Assembly: GCA_037447605.1 (NCBI GenBank)
Contig: CM074804.1
Coordinates: forward strand, 4,875,909 to 4,939,908
Source: Zygnema circumcarinatum SAG 698-1b
Lineage: Eukaryota > Plantae > Zygnematophyceae
Direction: 5' to 3'
DNA: 64,000 bases
Shown here: piece by piece, positions 50,635 through 62,019 of the stretch
Layout: each line of letters begins with the position of its first letter
How positions within the stretch are numbered: position 1 is the first letter of the stretch
The notes under the pieces: model-generated
Database searches by the model: none
Told to the model about the DNA's origin: nothing
What the model saw: the letters and a program-made list of their open reading frames with translations, nothing else
Position numbers and translations under genes: made by a program

Positions 50635-51729
50635 GTCTCGCGTGGCCTGCATGCTGTACGGAGCGCCGGTCCTGTTTGGCGTTCACACGGCGCCCGGGAC
50701 CCAAACCGCGACCGAGCCTGCGGTGCCTGCTCGCGACTTTTTCGGTTCGGCGGGCGCTCAATTGCTCGGGCTGCGCTCCGCGTACAAATGCTTTGTTCTT
50801 TTTGGCCTTGGGTCCTTCGCGACCAGTTCCTCGTGGTTCCCCATGAAGGTTTTGGCCATGTACATTTGATGGCATCATCGCCATCGTGAGAACAATGCCA
50901 TACCTTTTCATCTGTAAATTTTCCCCGTTGTTTTCATCTGTAAAGTTAAAACAAAAAGCAAAGAAAGGTATGGTTGTTGTACGTCTGAACAGTGCAGGGA
51001 CGCCGTCACAACAATTTGAAGAAGCCTTTCGCTATTTAAAGAAAAAAATATATATTATTAATTTTTTTTTTTTTTTTTTTTTATCATTATTTTCGCCTGC
51101 ACCATGAGGTCGTCAATCTCAGTGTCCTGATCGAAATTGAGATAGACTTTATTGAGCTCGTTGGCAGACAGTGGTTACTGCTTTTGCACTAGAACCCGGG
51201 GGTGACTTTCTGAGAAGCATGGCTTTGAGAAAGTAGCTACTGCACAATTGATAATTCCTTTGGCTTGCTCCTCCAACAGTAACACATACCCCTCATTGGA
51301 AGTTTTCCGCCAGTATAAGACACCCTTGGTCTACGTTCGTAATACAATTGCACGGGCTTCACTACAGCGCGTGTCACGGCGTTTATGGTGGTAAGGCCAG
51401 CCACTTGGAAGCTCCGCATGTGTCAAATCATGGCTTGCTTTCCAGATGCCTTCCCTAACACAGGCGTCACATTGCAAATATTCACATTGCTTAGAACCAA
51501 ACCTCTCCTACATTAGACATGGCATTCTTTTTCTCCCACTACCTAAAGTGCAGCGCATGATTTCTCAAAAGATTGTTTGATTGCGAATGAAAGTCAAAGG
51601 CAAGTGGTAAAGCAAATTAAGGTTACAAAGGACGTTGTAAAGCATTCTTGTGAGGAGCCAGATCCATGTACAATTAACATCACGATAAGACTATAAACGC
51701 TCTTGCTGAGCAGAACTCCGCAGCTGCTG

Positions 51730-54700
51730 TCACTGCTTGGCCGAGCTGCAGGCCTTGCAGGCCTTCCGGCAGTACCCCGGAGTACCCTGCGAATCTTGAA
51801 CCATGTACAGCGGATTCTTCTTGCACTCCCCAAGGGCGGCCCACTCCTCACACTGCGGGTGGGCATTGATGCATGAGGCGGGATCGATGGTTGCCTGTTC
51901 AAAAGAAGACACGTGAATCCATTTTGTAGCTGACCACTTCTCCCCCTCCAACACGGGGCAGCCGGAATGAAGAGACGACTGATCAGGATTCGCATCTGGA
52001 TGGAGACTGAAGAAGAGCAGGGCGTCTCCTTTGGTCGGCTTCACTGCAATAGCCATCCTTCCCAGCTCAAACTTTAAGAGCGCGTGATGGAAAGGCCTTA
52101 CACATCAAGCACAAACCTCTTCAAATGATGCAGAACGATGCAGACTGCTCTGCAATCAAACACCTAATGTCACGATCGGTTGAGGCTGTTGTAAGTTTCT
52201 AACACTACCAGAATTGGCCGGCTCTGGAGACTCATTGTGCTTGAAAAATCGTTTACACAATCAAATCAACTTTCCATGTCTAAGAGCCTGTTTCGTAATG
52301 ATGAAACTCCATCAGAATGGAAGTAGGATCATACCAGCAATGCCTTGTTTTCCGCATGGAGACCAGGTGTCATCTTTGACCGTAGTATCGGGCTGTTCCA
52401 AAATCCCGATCAGAATACAAAAGCAATTTCTATAGATGAGCCTTGAAGGCTTGAGAAAAAGTGGCTACAAAGCTGCAAGCTGGATGGAAAATCAGCACAC
52501 TGCCATACTCTGACTTTGAGTAGATAAATACCCAGCTCTTCCCACGTCTGACACCCACCTCTGATGAAGGAAAGACGGTTTCTCCTCCTTTGGTAACATC
52601 AGAGAGGTACATGAGGACGGTGGCTATTCGGTGGCCTCCCTGCTGTGTGTTCAGTTTGTCGTGAAAGTAATCAAAGTGCGCATCATATTTCTGCCCATGG
52701 TTGTATCTGAGAACTTGGATAGCCTCTCCATTCTCTGCAACGTACAGGAAGCATAATACAGTCAGCTGCGAAACAAATGTTGTCGACTAGAAAGCAAGCA
52801 AGCAAGAACCCGCTGCTTGAGTGCAGTCCTGCTACAGATTCTGCAGGTAAGTGATGACGAGATCTAGCAGGCTTTAACGCTGTGATAACTCTCGTCCACA
52901 TCCGCGGTGGAGATAAGAACATCGCACATTCACGAAAGGTGCAGGAGAGATACCGAGAGATGGACACTAGACGCAAGCAAATCCTTCATGATTTCTGAAA
53001 CATCCGCCAGCAAGAAAAAAGTGAACACCGACCCACCTTTTGGAATAAAAGTCCAGGCAGCGATGCGCTCTTCAATCCTCCTCACAATGTCATCCTGCAC
53101 ACGCAAGGCCACTTGATTTGATGACATATGATGGACAAATAAGAACATCACATTCTAAAATGCTACTTAGAGGTCATGATACCCCACTTCCTTACTACCA
53201 CACTCTTAACATGAACCAGGGAGATTGAAAAGAACAAAATAAACACTTGAGTTCAGCCGCTTCACGTACCAAGGGCATAGAACACATGCAGTCCACCAGT
53301 TCAAGACATATCAAAAGTGAGGGCTGAGCCAAAAAATTATAAATCAGGAAAAGGAAATGCTATTTTGCGGGTGCTAAGTTAAAAGAGTTAAGTTAAAGCA
53401 TGTAAGCTAAGTTAAGACATGTTGCAATGGATGATAACAATACATCGGCTGCTTACGATACGTTATAGTCTTGAAAATCTACGCCATATCCTGTCCGAGA
53501 AAGCTTAGTTACAAAACGAAAGCAGATCAAATGTGTAAAGGCTGCAGTTCTCACAGAACTTACTGAGCCAAGCTTGCTGCACTTCAACATCTGCCAAAGT
53601 ACTGTAAGCAAATCATCTACATCATTATCTCAAATGCATCACAAATGTAAAGTTCAAACATGAACATGTGACAAAACGACATCTCAGATTTGCGTAAGTC
53701 AAAATAATTTAGCAAAGGTTAAGTGATTTCGCAATGCACGTGCAATAAGCGGCAGATCAAAGCCCGGGCAATACGGAAATGGAGTTGTGCGGATGTGAGA
53801 CAGGTGAGAAAAAAGAGCGCAGAAACTGAGAACTGGAACTGAAGGTGGGCAATGGAGCCACCACTGACTCTTCCTAGCATCCAAAAGGACCAGCTAAAAA
53901 CATGCATCCATGAATGAATACTCAGCTTAATAATACTATTAAGCTGAGTTCTTTCCTGATCTCAGCAAACTGACAAATAACCGACAAAGCAATTCAGAAC
54001 AATGAATCGTAAAATGGATCTTGGTGAGAGGACGAGCTTTACGAACTGAGTATACCCAGTCAGCAGTCCTCATATTTTCCACCCTGAACAGTGCGTCCCC
54101 AAGAAATTCGCCCCGATTTTGCCGAAACTACCTTTTTGTACGGTAACAATGTGTTAGTCGTACTATTCGTACTAGCCGTACTTTACCAGTCGTACTAGCC
54201 GTACTAGACGTACTATCCTCCTCCTTGCTGTACTAGCCGTTACGGGCTTAAGCAAAACTAACCGAATCTTCCCGCACGTGAAGATCAGAAGATCACGCGC
54301 GCATCAGAGTGTTAAGAATGCCTCAAATTGCATGATTGCAACTGCTCTCCCTGCATTTTTGGAAGCTTAATTCCAATTCAAGCTCAAAGAAAACTGTGAT
54401 CACGTGGCCTCTTAGAATACCTTCTTGACTTTGCGTATCATAGCTCTTGTGCATCACTTGCCATTATGCTTGACGTAACTGCCAGTGCATGCCACGCATG
54501 ATTGCTGCAAGATGCTTGCCCATCCCAATGATGCTACTTATGTACGCTATATCAGATAATAGATCCTGAAAATGGGGCTTGAGCTGATGACAGCCATCTC
54601 ACAAGTCTAACCCAAACTAACTTCATCATTGTTGCTATGAAAATAACAAGCCAACCGGCTATTCTCTCTAACTTAATGAGTCGGTGGACAGAAAGTATAG

Positions 54701-56672
54701 TGAGCTAGAGAGATCACACACGCCACACCTGCAACTATCGAGGTTTACCGACTACGTGATCATATAAGAGATTAATGTCCAAAGAAAATGTTGTGATCTG
54801 CAAAGATTTGATACCTTCCAACTTATGAACACTGAGACGATCAATTTTGGCCCACTCATTCGTGGCGGACAATAAGTTAGAGATGAAAGACTATTTAACC
54901 ACTCCACTCCTAGCATTCCAAAAATGCAAGTAGGCCACAGCTGGTCCGGATGTGGATACGTCCTTGGGAAGGCTCGTCTGCCCTTTTGGATGAGAAATAG
55001 TGTCTCCGGAACAGAGCAATTACTGCAGGGTGCACTTGAAAGATACCTGGTATTTGGAAAGAAACATTCCAGCGCTCGTCCGAATTTCACTCAAAACACT
55101 CTTCCCGCTGTTATACTCTGCCACCGTTGACCTCTCCACTTTGTCCCTCGCCTGCTCGCAACCGCCGACGAGCCAGGCACACACAAGGACCACAAAGGGA
55201 ATGCGCAAGTAAGCGGGAGAAGCCATCAGGAGCAGTGCATCACCTTCTTGACAATGAACATCCCCGTGCTTGTGCGGATATCACTGGCCAAAGCCTTCCC
55301 GGACACCGTGTCTGCAACCATTGACTTCTGCAACTTGGGCCGCGCCTGCCACAAGGCAGCGCAGGAAATGCCCAGAATCCCGAAAGGCACAAACAGAAGG
55401 GGGGGAGCTATGTTGGGACGGCTCTGTAACTCTAGCTTGCAAACCCTCAAAGTAAACTTTCTATACACCTGCTCAATTCCCAGAAAGACTTGGACTGAAA
55501 AACCAAAGCAAACGGCATAAAGACTCAGTGTGCGGCAACCTGACGAATGTTTTGCTTGCGTGAAGGAGAACACTTCCTTCACTATGTTCAACAGCACAAG
55601 GACTAGGCAGAACCTAATAGCCTAAAAATGCAATGCCAGTCGTAACTGCGACCCTAGCACCCCGCATGGCGACTTAATAAATTGAAGCAGGGTTCAATTG
55701 TTCCGTTTCATTTTCAAAAGTAGAGAATGTTTGAAAACTATTCTCCACACACCTGACCTTAGATCCAGTGATAAAAACATTTTCAGCTCAAAATCCTTGT
55801 GGAATTTGCCGAACTCACCAATTCAACTAGATGATCACATTCTTCACCGGAGAGAAACCCCTTGTACAAGAATGCCCTGAGAAAATGCAACTTCCAATCA
55901 GACGAATGAACTGCCTTGAAAAAATGCACTATGGGAAATTTCACATGCAGCTGCTGCACAATAGAAACAAGGTTACCTTGGCTTCCAAGACAACTGAGTC
56001 ACCTTCGTTGGATCAATAATGATTGGATCAGGTCCCCTTAAAAGAGTCTTTCCTCCAGCATGGATCCCCCCCCCCGCTTCTCGGAAGCTGGCAGACCCAA
56101 AGCCCATCACTAACTGAATAAGAACCCCTTTGTTTAAACGAAGGTATGACATAGGAAACTGAAAGAACCTCAGCCATCAAAGGAGAAAAATAGGTCAAAT
56201 GGTCAGGTTGTGGGTCCGGTGCTCCGCCTTTCCATAAGTCGAAACAACAAGGGCAAGAATGGCCGCGGAATTGCTCGGCTTTATCTACTACAGTTCTGTC
56301 TGTCGGTGCACTTTGACGCGTACAAGAAATTCACACCGCATTCCTCGGCACCGTGATATAACCTAAAACAGTTCCTATTGGAATCTCTAATCACTGCAAA
56401 AGCGGCAAATTACCCCGAGAGACCCCGTATTTTCGAGTCGTAAAAAAAATGCATAGCCATTATTCATCCATTTTTCACACCAAAAGACGATGCTGAGAAC
56501 CTGCAACAGCCTACTCCCATCTCTCCACGCTGCAAGGCAGCAGAAGCAGACAGCAAGCTTACTCATCCCCCAGCCAGCCCGGTAGAGAGTCCTGCTCCCA
56601 TGCGTTTCCTCCAACTCCTGCGAAAATAAGGAGAACGGCAGCCCCCCATAGCCGCACCGCCATGCTGCGCAT
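51730..56672 (-). CDS. P4H: Secretory-pathway prolyl 4-hydroxylase (2OG-Fe(II) dioxygenase) with C-terminal ShKT domain and a tandem duplicated exon
   Basis: Exons 56672-56563 (signal peptide), 56087-55977, 55876-55819, [55345-55244 and/or 55151-55047], 53094-53037, 52734-52559, 52392-52335, 52043-51730. Motifs QLSWKPRAFLYKGFLS.EECDHL, RTS.GMF, YDAHFDYF (HxD), RIATVLMYLSDV..GGETVFP, SLHSGCPV, GEKWSATKWIHV, and ShKT C...CEEWAALGECKKNP.YM...CRKACKAC. Confidence 0.95.
54137..54234. repeat. CGTACTA(G/T) short-repeat array in the long P4H intron
   Basis: Eight GTAC cores at 54138, 54160, 54169, 54178, 54192, 54201, 54210 and 54230, mostly on a 9-bp period. Confidence 0.85.
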
Positions 56673-57154
56673 CAGCGAGGGTGTAACAAAGAAACTGAAA
56701 AAGACCCTTTTCCTCCTCCTCCCCTATCCGCTTCTGCGCTGCCCTGCACAGCCTCGTCCTTCCTGAGGGAAAGTCTCCATTTCGAGCCCTGTTTCAAGCG
56801 GAAGGCAATTAGGAGCTGTCACGTGTGTGAACTTGCCGCGTGGCAAGCTGCGATTGGTCCATCCTGCCAGCGTCCTCCATTTTTTTCCGGAACTCACAGG
56901 TCACAGCTCCATGTGCCAAAATCGGCAGTGGTCTGCCGATACTGCACAGCTATTAACGGCATTTAAGGGATATCCCTTATTTTTATATGATGCCTGCCCA
57001 CGGGCATGGGCATGGGCCATGGGTCCACCATGCATGATGGCATTGGATGTAGGTCCGCTCGAGTCCATGCATGCCATGAGCGAGCATGGTGGTCGCGGGC
57101 GGCCCGCGGGCCGTTGTTGGCGGCGGACAAGATGGACTACAGCGCGCCGAGGCC

Positions 57155-60100
57155 ATGGCTGTGGAGTTGCTGCCGCCGTGGCGCCTCTTCAACCTGCTGC
57201 AGGAACATCTGCAGTCAGACGCTCTCCTTCTGCTGGACACGCGGCCTCGCGCCGTATATTCCCGCGGCCATGTCCGGCGAGCCTCCTGCGTCTCTCGCAC
57301 GCCAGGTGGCAGGACACTACAGGAGCTGGCGGGGCCTGGACCGCCTCTCTGGACTTCGAACTGCTGGTGGGATCACCACGTGCTCCTTATAGTGCCTGCG
57401 AATGTAGAAGCGGCTCTGAAGCGAAAAGAGAGAGAGCGAGAGGGTGAAAAGAGGAGAGGTGAAGATGGCAGAAAGGTGGGGAGCAAGTGGGAAGTGGAGG
57501 GGAAAGAGGAGCAGGCGGAGCAGGAACGCAGAAGCTCCAAAAGGAAGAAGGTGGAAGGCGAAGTAGAGGAGGACCCCGTGCTTTCGTTCCTTTTGACAGA
57601 GGGATTAGCTCGCTCTATCAAAGTTCTTGTGGCAGAAGGTATGGATCCACAATTTAGCGTGCTTAACTTGGATTTTCTGCTTAGGTACAGATGGTCGCTG
57701 TTTTATGCAATGTTCCTATGATGGCCTTTGCAGAATTTCTTTTGGCCTTGTCGTATTGCTCGCATTTACGGCCTTGATAACTTTGTTAGGAGAACTTGCT
57801 CGAAATAAGAAGGTTCCACAAAACAAAGAAAAGGTGAGGAAATATAGTCATGTAGTTTATCCGCCCTGATTTGCTAAATTTGACCTTTTCAACTGTTCTT
57901 TTGTAGGATAGGCATTTTGAAGGTTCATATATCATCCATCGTGCAAACGTTTGAGAGTGTGAATTGTAAAATGTCGAAATAGCTCATGGGCCAAACTATG
58001 TGCAGTGTAGGACCTAATTTTTCGGAAGTCACTGGACTTTGCTGCATGTCTAGCCTTATGAATCTGCAGCCTATAAAGACAGCCCCAAAGAAGTCATGTG
58101 AGTTTACTAATATCGATAACTGAAGTGTGGAGATCCCCGCTAATTGGTGTTGTCAGTGCAGCCTGAACAGTGAATGCAGTTCTAATTGAAGTTGCTGCAT
58201 GCCCTTACCCTTCCCATTGAATGCTGTTCTCAACTACGTTCAAGTTTCCAAGTTATTTAATCGTGTCTATCGAATTGACCCTCGAAATGCTCTTGACGAC
58301 TCTCTTAAATAGTACTGTGGATGTCAGAGGGCGCAAAATGTGGTTCTGATCCCGCCCGAAAGCCGCCTTTGCCACTCAGCTTTCGCCTGATGGATGTAGA
58401 CAACCTTATTTCGTGTCCTTGGAGATGATGGAGCGAATAGTCCTTCCTCCCTCAGGCAATTCCTCACAACGGCATCCAACAGGAGTGTTCTTGCTGCTGG
58501 TGCACTCTGCAGGGGAGGATGACTCGAAAAGTGGCTATGGAGCCTTTGCGGAAGCCTACCCCACTCTCGTAACGCGTCATACCAAGGGTGCGCCCATCCC
58601 GCGCTATCCAGCTGAGGCAAGCACAGAGCTTCAGCCATGACAGAATTGGGAGCAGGTCAGATGCCTGTAAACGTCGTCAGTCTAAACGCTGAAATGAATC
58701 TTCTCCGGTAGAATCTCCTCTCCTGCTTTATGTCCCTTCCATGAGGGAAACCGAAGCAAATCGAGACTTCCTTCTGTATGCGCAACTGAGTAGCGGTACA
58801 TAAAGTGGAGTTGGAGAAATAGCGTGGCATACAAATCTTTTTCATAATGATCTCTGTAATCCAAACCTTTCAATAAGTTTGTCGTTCTCTTTCAGATTCC
58901 ACACCTTTATCCTTCATCTTAATTGGTCTGCACCAAAAAAGGCCCTGAGCCAAAGTAGGATTCGTTCAAGCTAGCCCTTAAGTATGACAGGCGATGACAA
59001 TGCTTTAGGCTTAGTCATCTATGAATGCCGACAATTGCTTGCTGTTTTTGAGACCTTTTAGCACAAATGTTCTTTATTTGGGAACTTAGGTGAGATTTGC
59101 AGGTGGTACCGGGACTGCTTTATTTGGGAGATTTGGAGCATGCTAAAGCGGAAAGTAGGCTGGAGGACTTGGGAGTGACACACATCATCACTGTAACCAC
59201 CGAAGCCTTCACAGACGAGGTGCAGCGCTTCACTCGGCTCTTCTGCAGCTTGAACGGTAAGCTCAAAGAAGCATTAGCACTGTGAAAACTTGGAAGTGGT
59301 GAATAAGCAGCTTGAGTTTTGTCAAGCATCTGGAGTATAATGAATGTGGAACTGCTCGTTTTCAGACGTCCGTTTTGCAGCAGGACAGCAGAATATGTGT
59401 TATTTGGTGACTAGAATATGCGGAACGTGAAGTGTTACAGTTTTTTTGGATTATGAGCGAAGTTTGATTCAATGAATAGATTTCGGCTTTACTTAGAGTT
59501 TGGCGAAAATCTCAAAGATTTCATGTATGGTTCACTCCTATGCAAAGAGACGGATGAATCCTCTCGCAAATCTCTATAGGAGGATCCCAGTAGCTACTGC
59601 ATGTTCACTTTGCCCGGGTCTTCAGGGTTCATTTGACATTTCAATTTCACACCAATCCAATCTGCCTGTATAAGCGGAGGTGTTCCCTCATGTAAGATTG
59701 TATTACTATCTGTGTCGTGGCCGCAGATGAGATTGAAGCTGACATAATGCAGTACTTTGAGTCCAGTTACAACTTCATTATGGCTGCGAAAGAGAAGGGG
59801 GGAGCAGTCCTGCTGCACTGTGGGGCAGGAGCCAGTCGCTCAGCCACCCTGTGTGCTGCGTTTCTTATGAAACAACGCAGGTGGAGTGCGGATCGCGCTG
59901 TGAGGTAAGCGAGGCAGTGTTTGTGCCCATGGCGCCATACTTGAAAGGCTCAGCGTGAGGAAATAGACAATTGAGGGAGATTCCTCCTATTCCAAGCTTC
60001 CACCTCATTCGCGCATTTTTTAACTGTATGGGTTGCTAATTGGTGCAGCTTTTTGAAGGAGCAACGCAGCAAAGTTCAGCCAAACCCCGGCTTCCTTAAA

Positions 60101-60913
60101 GCCCTCAAGGCATTTGAGAAGGAGATTTTAGGAAAGGAGGCTTCCATAGACGAAGAGCGGGAGGGAGGGCATGGTAGCAGTGGAAGGGGTGGAGCTGTTG
60201 AAGCGCAGCAGTCGAGGAGGGAGAGGAAGGAGCGAGCACGAGAAAGAACAGGCCGCATTGTTCAAGGAGAAAATGGGGACAGCATCCGCCTGCAGGTCTA
60301 TAAGGTGTGCAAACTCCTCTATCGCTTCAAATGCGTGGCAGGGATTGCCGCACTGATCGAATGCAGAGCTTTCTCAGCGAGCTTTTCTGGTGCTTATTTC
60401 TGGCTACAATTGGTTCTGTCTGCGGGTGATGGTCCAGGATCAAACTGCCGTTGGAGAGATATTAATAGAAGGAAAAGAGACTCACGTGATTGGCCGCCTG
60501 CCTTCCTGCGACGTTGTTCTAGATCATGCATCGGTCTCCCGCCAGGTCTGAGTTTCGTACTAATGAAATATGCAGATACTTTGATTCGCTCTTAATCATT
60601 ACGTGTATGCAATGCTGGCCTCACCGGGGTCATCACTCAACCGTATGGTCAATTTTTCCTGATGCCTTGGGCTGTTTCTGACTCCGACTCCATGCAGCAT
60701 GCCAAGGTTTCCCATGACGGCGGCACAAACCCCACATTGGAGGATCTGGGGGCGGTGCATGGGACCTTTGTGGATGATCGCCGGCTGAAGTCGAAGGAAG
60801 TCTGCCAGCTTCAAGAGGGCGCCAAGCTTCGGTTTGGAGCCAGCACAAGGGAGTACGTGCTCCGCGGAGTGAAGTCCGCGGACAGTAGATGGGAGGGGGA
60901 AGCCGACTTTTGA
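57155..60913 (+). CDS. Dual-specificity (MAPK-phosphatase-like) phosphatase with N-terminal rhodanese-like and C-terminal FHA domains
   Basis: Exons 57155-57638, 58513-58616, 59103-59256, 59727-59904, 60049-~60304, ~60438-60545, 60698-60913. Rhodanese-like LLLDTRPRAVYSRGHV..A...Y.AFAEAYP; DSP YPAEVVPGLLYLGD, LGVTHII, VLLHCGAGASRSAT, PNPGFLKAL; FHA IGRLPSCDVVLDHASVSRQHA, DLGAVHGTFV, LRFGASTR. One junction before the FHA is unresolved. Confidence 0.88.
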
Positions 60914-62019
60914 TGGCAAGAATATGAGTGAGGGGTGTGGCAATAGATGGCATCTCGAGGTTCGCTGGTCGTAGGAATCTTCGGTTAGTGTACTTTCAAT
61001 AGGGTGAAGCACTTCGTGTTCTGTGGTTGGATCTATCCTCTTGCTAAGCAAGATTTTTTTTTTTTTTTTGCCTTACAAAAGGAAAAACTTTGGAACTCTG
61101 GCGGCTATTTTGCAAAAGGAAAAAAGAAACAAATGTTCAGAATGAAACAAGATTGCGATATTCCTCGCCGTAACAAAAAATCATCATTGACCATTTATGT
61201 TCCCAGCAGAAAAATTAACTTGCTTCGGCGAAAGTATCTAAGGAAAAGAAGGAAAATCCGTCGCTTGACTGTCGACATTTTCTTGTGTGAAACAGATGGT
61301 GTGAATTGGTATTCATTTGTGTGAAAACAGACATTTTGAAAGGTATTGTGCCGATCCTACGGGAGAACCGTAAAGCTATAACCCATACACACTTTCTGTA
61401 ATTTTAATTTGTTTCAATTAGGCCGAATGAATCTGAACATTGCGGGTTAGGGATTAGAATGCTTGCTCGAACATTTGGAACATTCCAGTCGAACATTTGA
61501 AATTTTGTTTGGTATTTTCAAAACGTTCATGGTGTTTTTTTCTTGCTTTCCTTTCCTTTCGTTAATAGAAGTGTTGCCCTGGTAATTGAAAAAATGTGAA
61601 AGTGGGAATATTGCGACGGCCGTAACGCTTTCGAATGTTGCTATGACATGATGAGAGGAGGCGGCTTTCGTCGCCGCATACATCCATACATTTTCCTTCC
61701 CCGCCATTGTTCCTCCTGTTCCTGGCTGCAGACATTGGTGCAGACCATCAAGGTCACAAACCTAAAATTAGCGCGTCTGGCGTCCTTGGCATTCCTCACA
61801 AAGGAGAACCCTAGCCCTACAACCCTATTCCGCATATCCTCGCACTCACTTCCAGCCAAGAGCAGAAAGCAAACACAAACTCTAACTTTAAACGCTAAAC
61901 GCTGAACCTAAGCGAGAAACACCTCCTTGCATCCCACATAAAGTGTAAGGTGAAGGGTTAGAGCTCCTAGGGTTTCCAATTTATTTTTGAGGGTTTCCAA
62001 TTTTTCTGTGTCAAAATAG

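Noticed and set aside
54089-54280. CAGTGCG...CGCACGTG as TIRs of a hAT around the GTAC array
   Set aside because: The inverted match is poor and the flanks (ACCCTGAA versus AAGATCAG) are not a TSD.
53100-55040. Further copies of the P4H loop exon in the long intron
   Set aside because: Manual scan found only an ARPLTK-like coincidence near 54040 without a proper acceptor or RTS motif; a profile search would be needed to exclude diverged copies.
17511-56672. GT37 and P4H as a wall-glycoprotein biosynthetic gene cluster
   Set aside because: They are about 28 kb apart with unrelated housekeeping genes between them; co-location is compatible with chance.
61645-61910. Possible C/D-box snoRNA (ATGATGA at 61648) or small minus-strand peptide gene
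   Set aside because: No D box at a suitable distance, no terminal stem, and the peptides resemble nothing I recognise.
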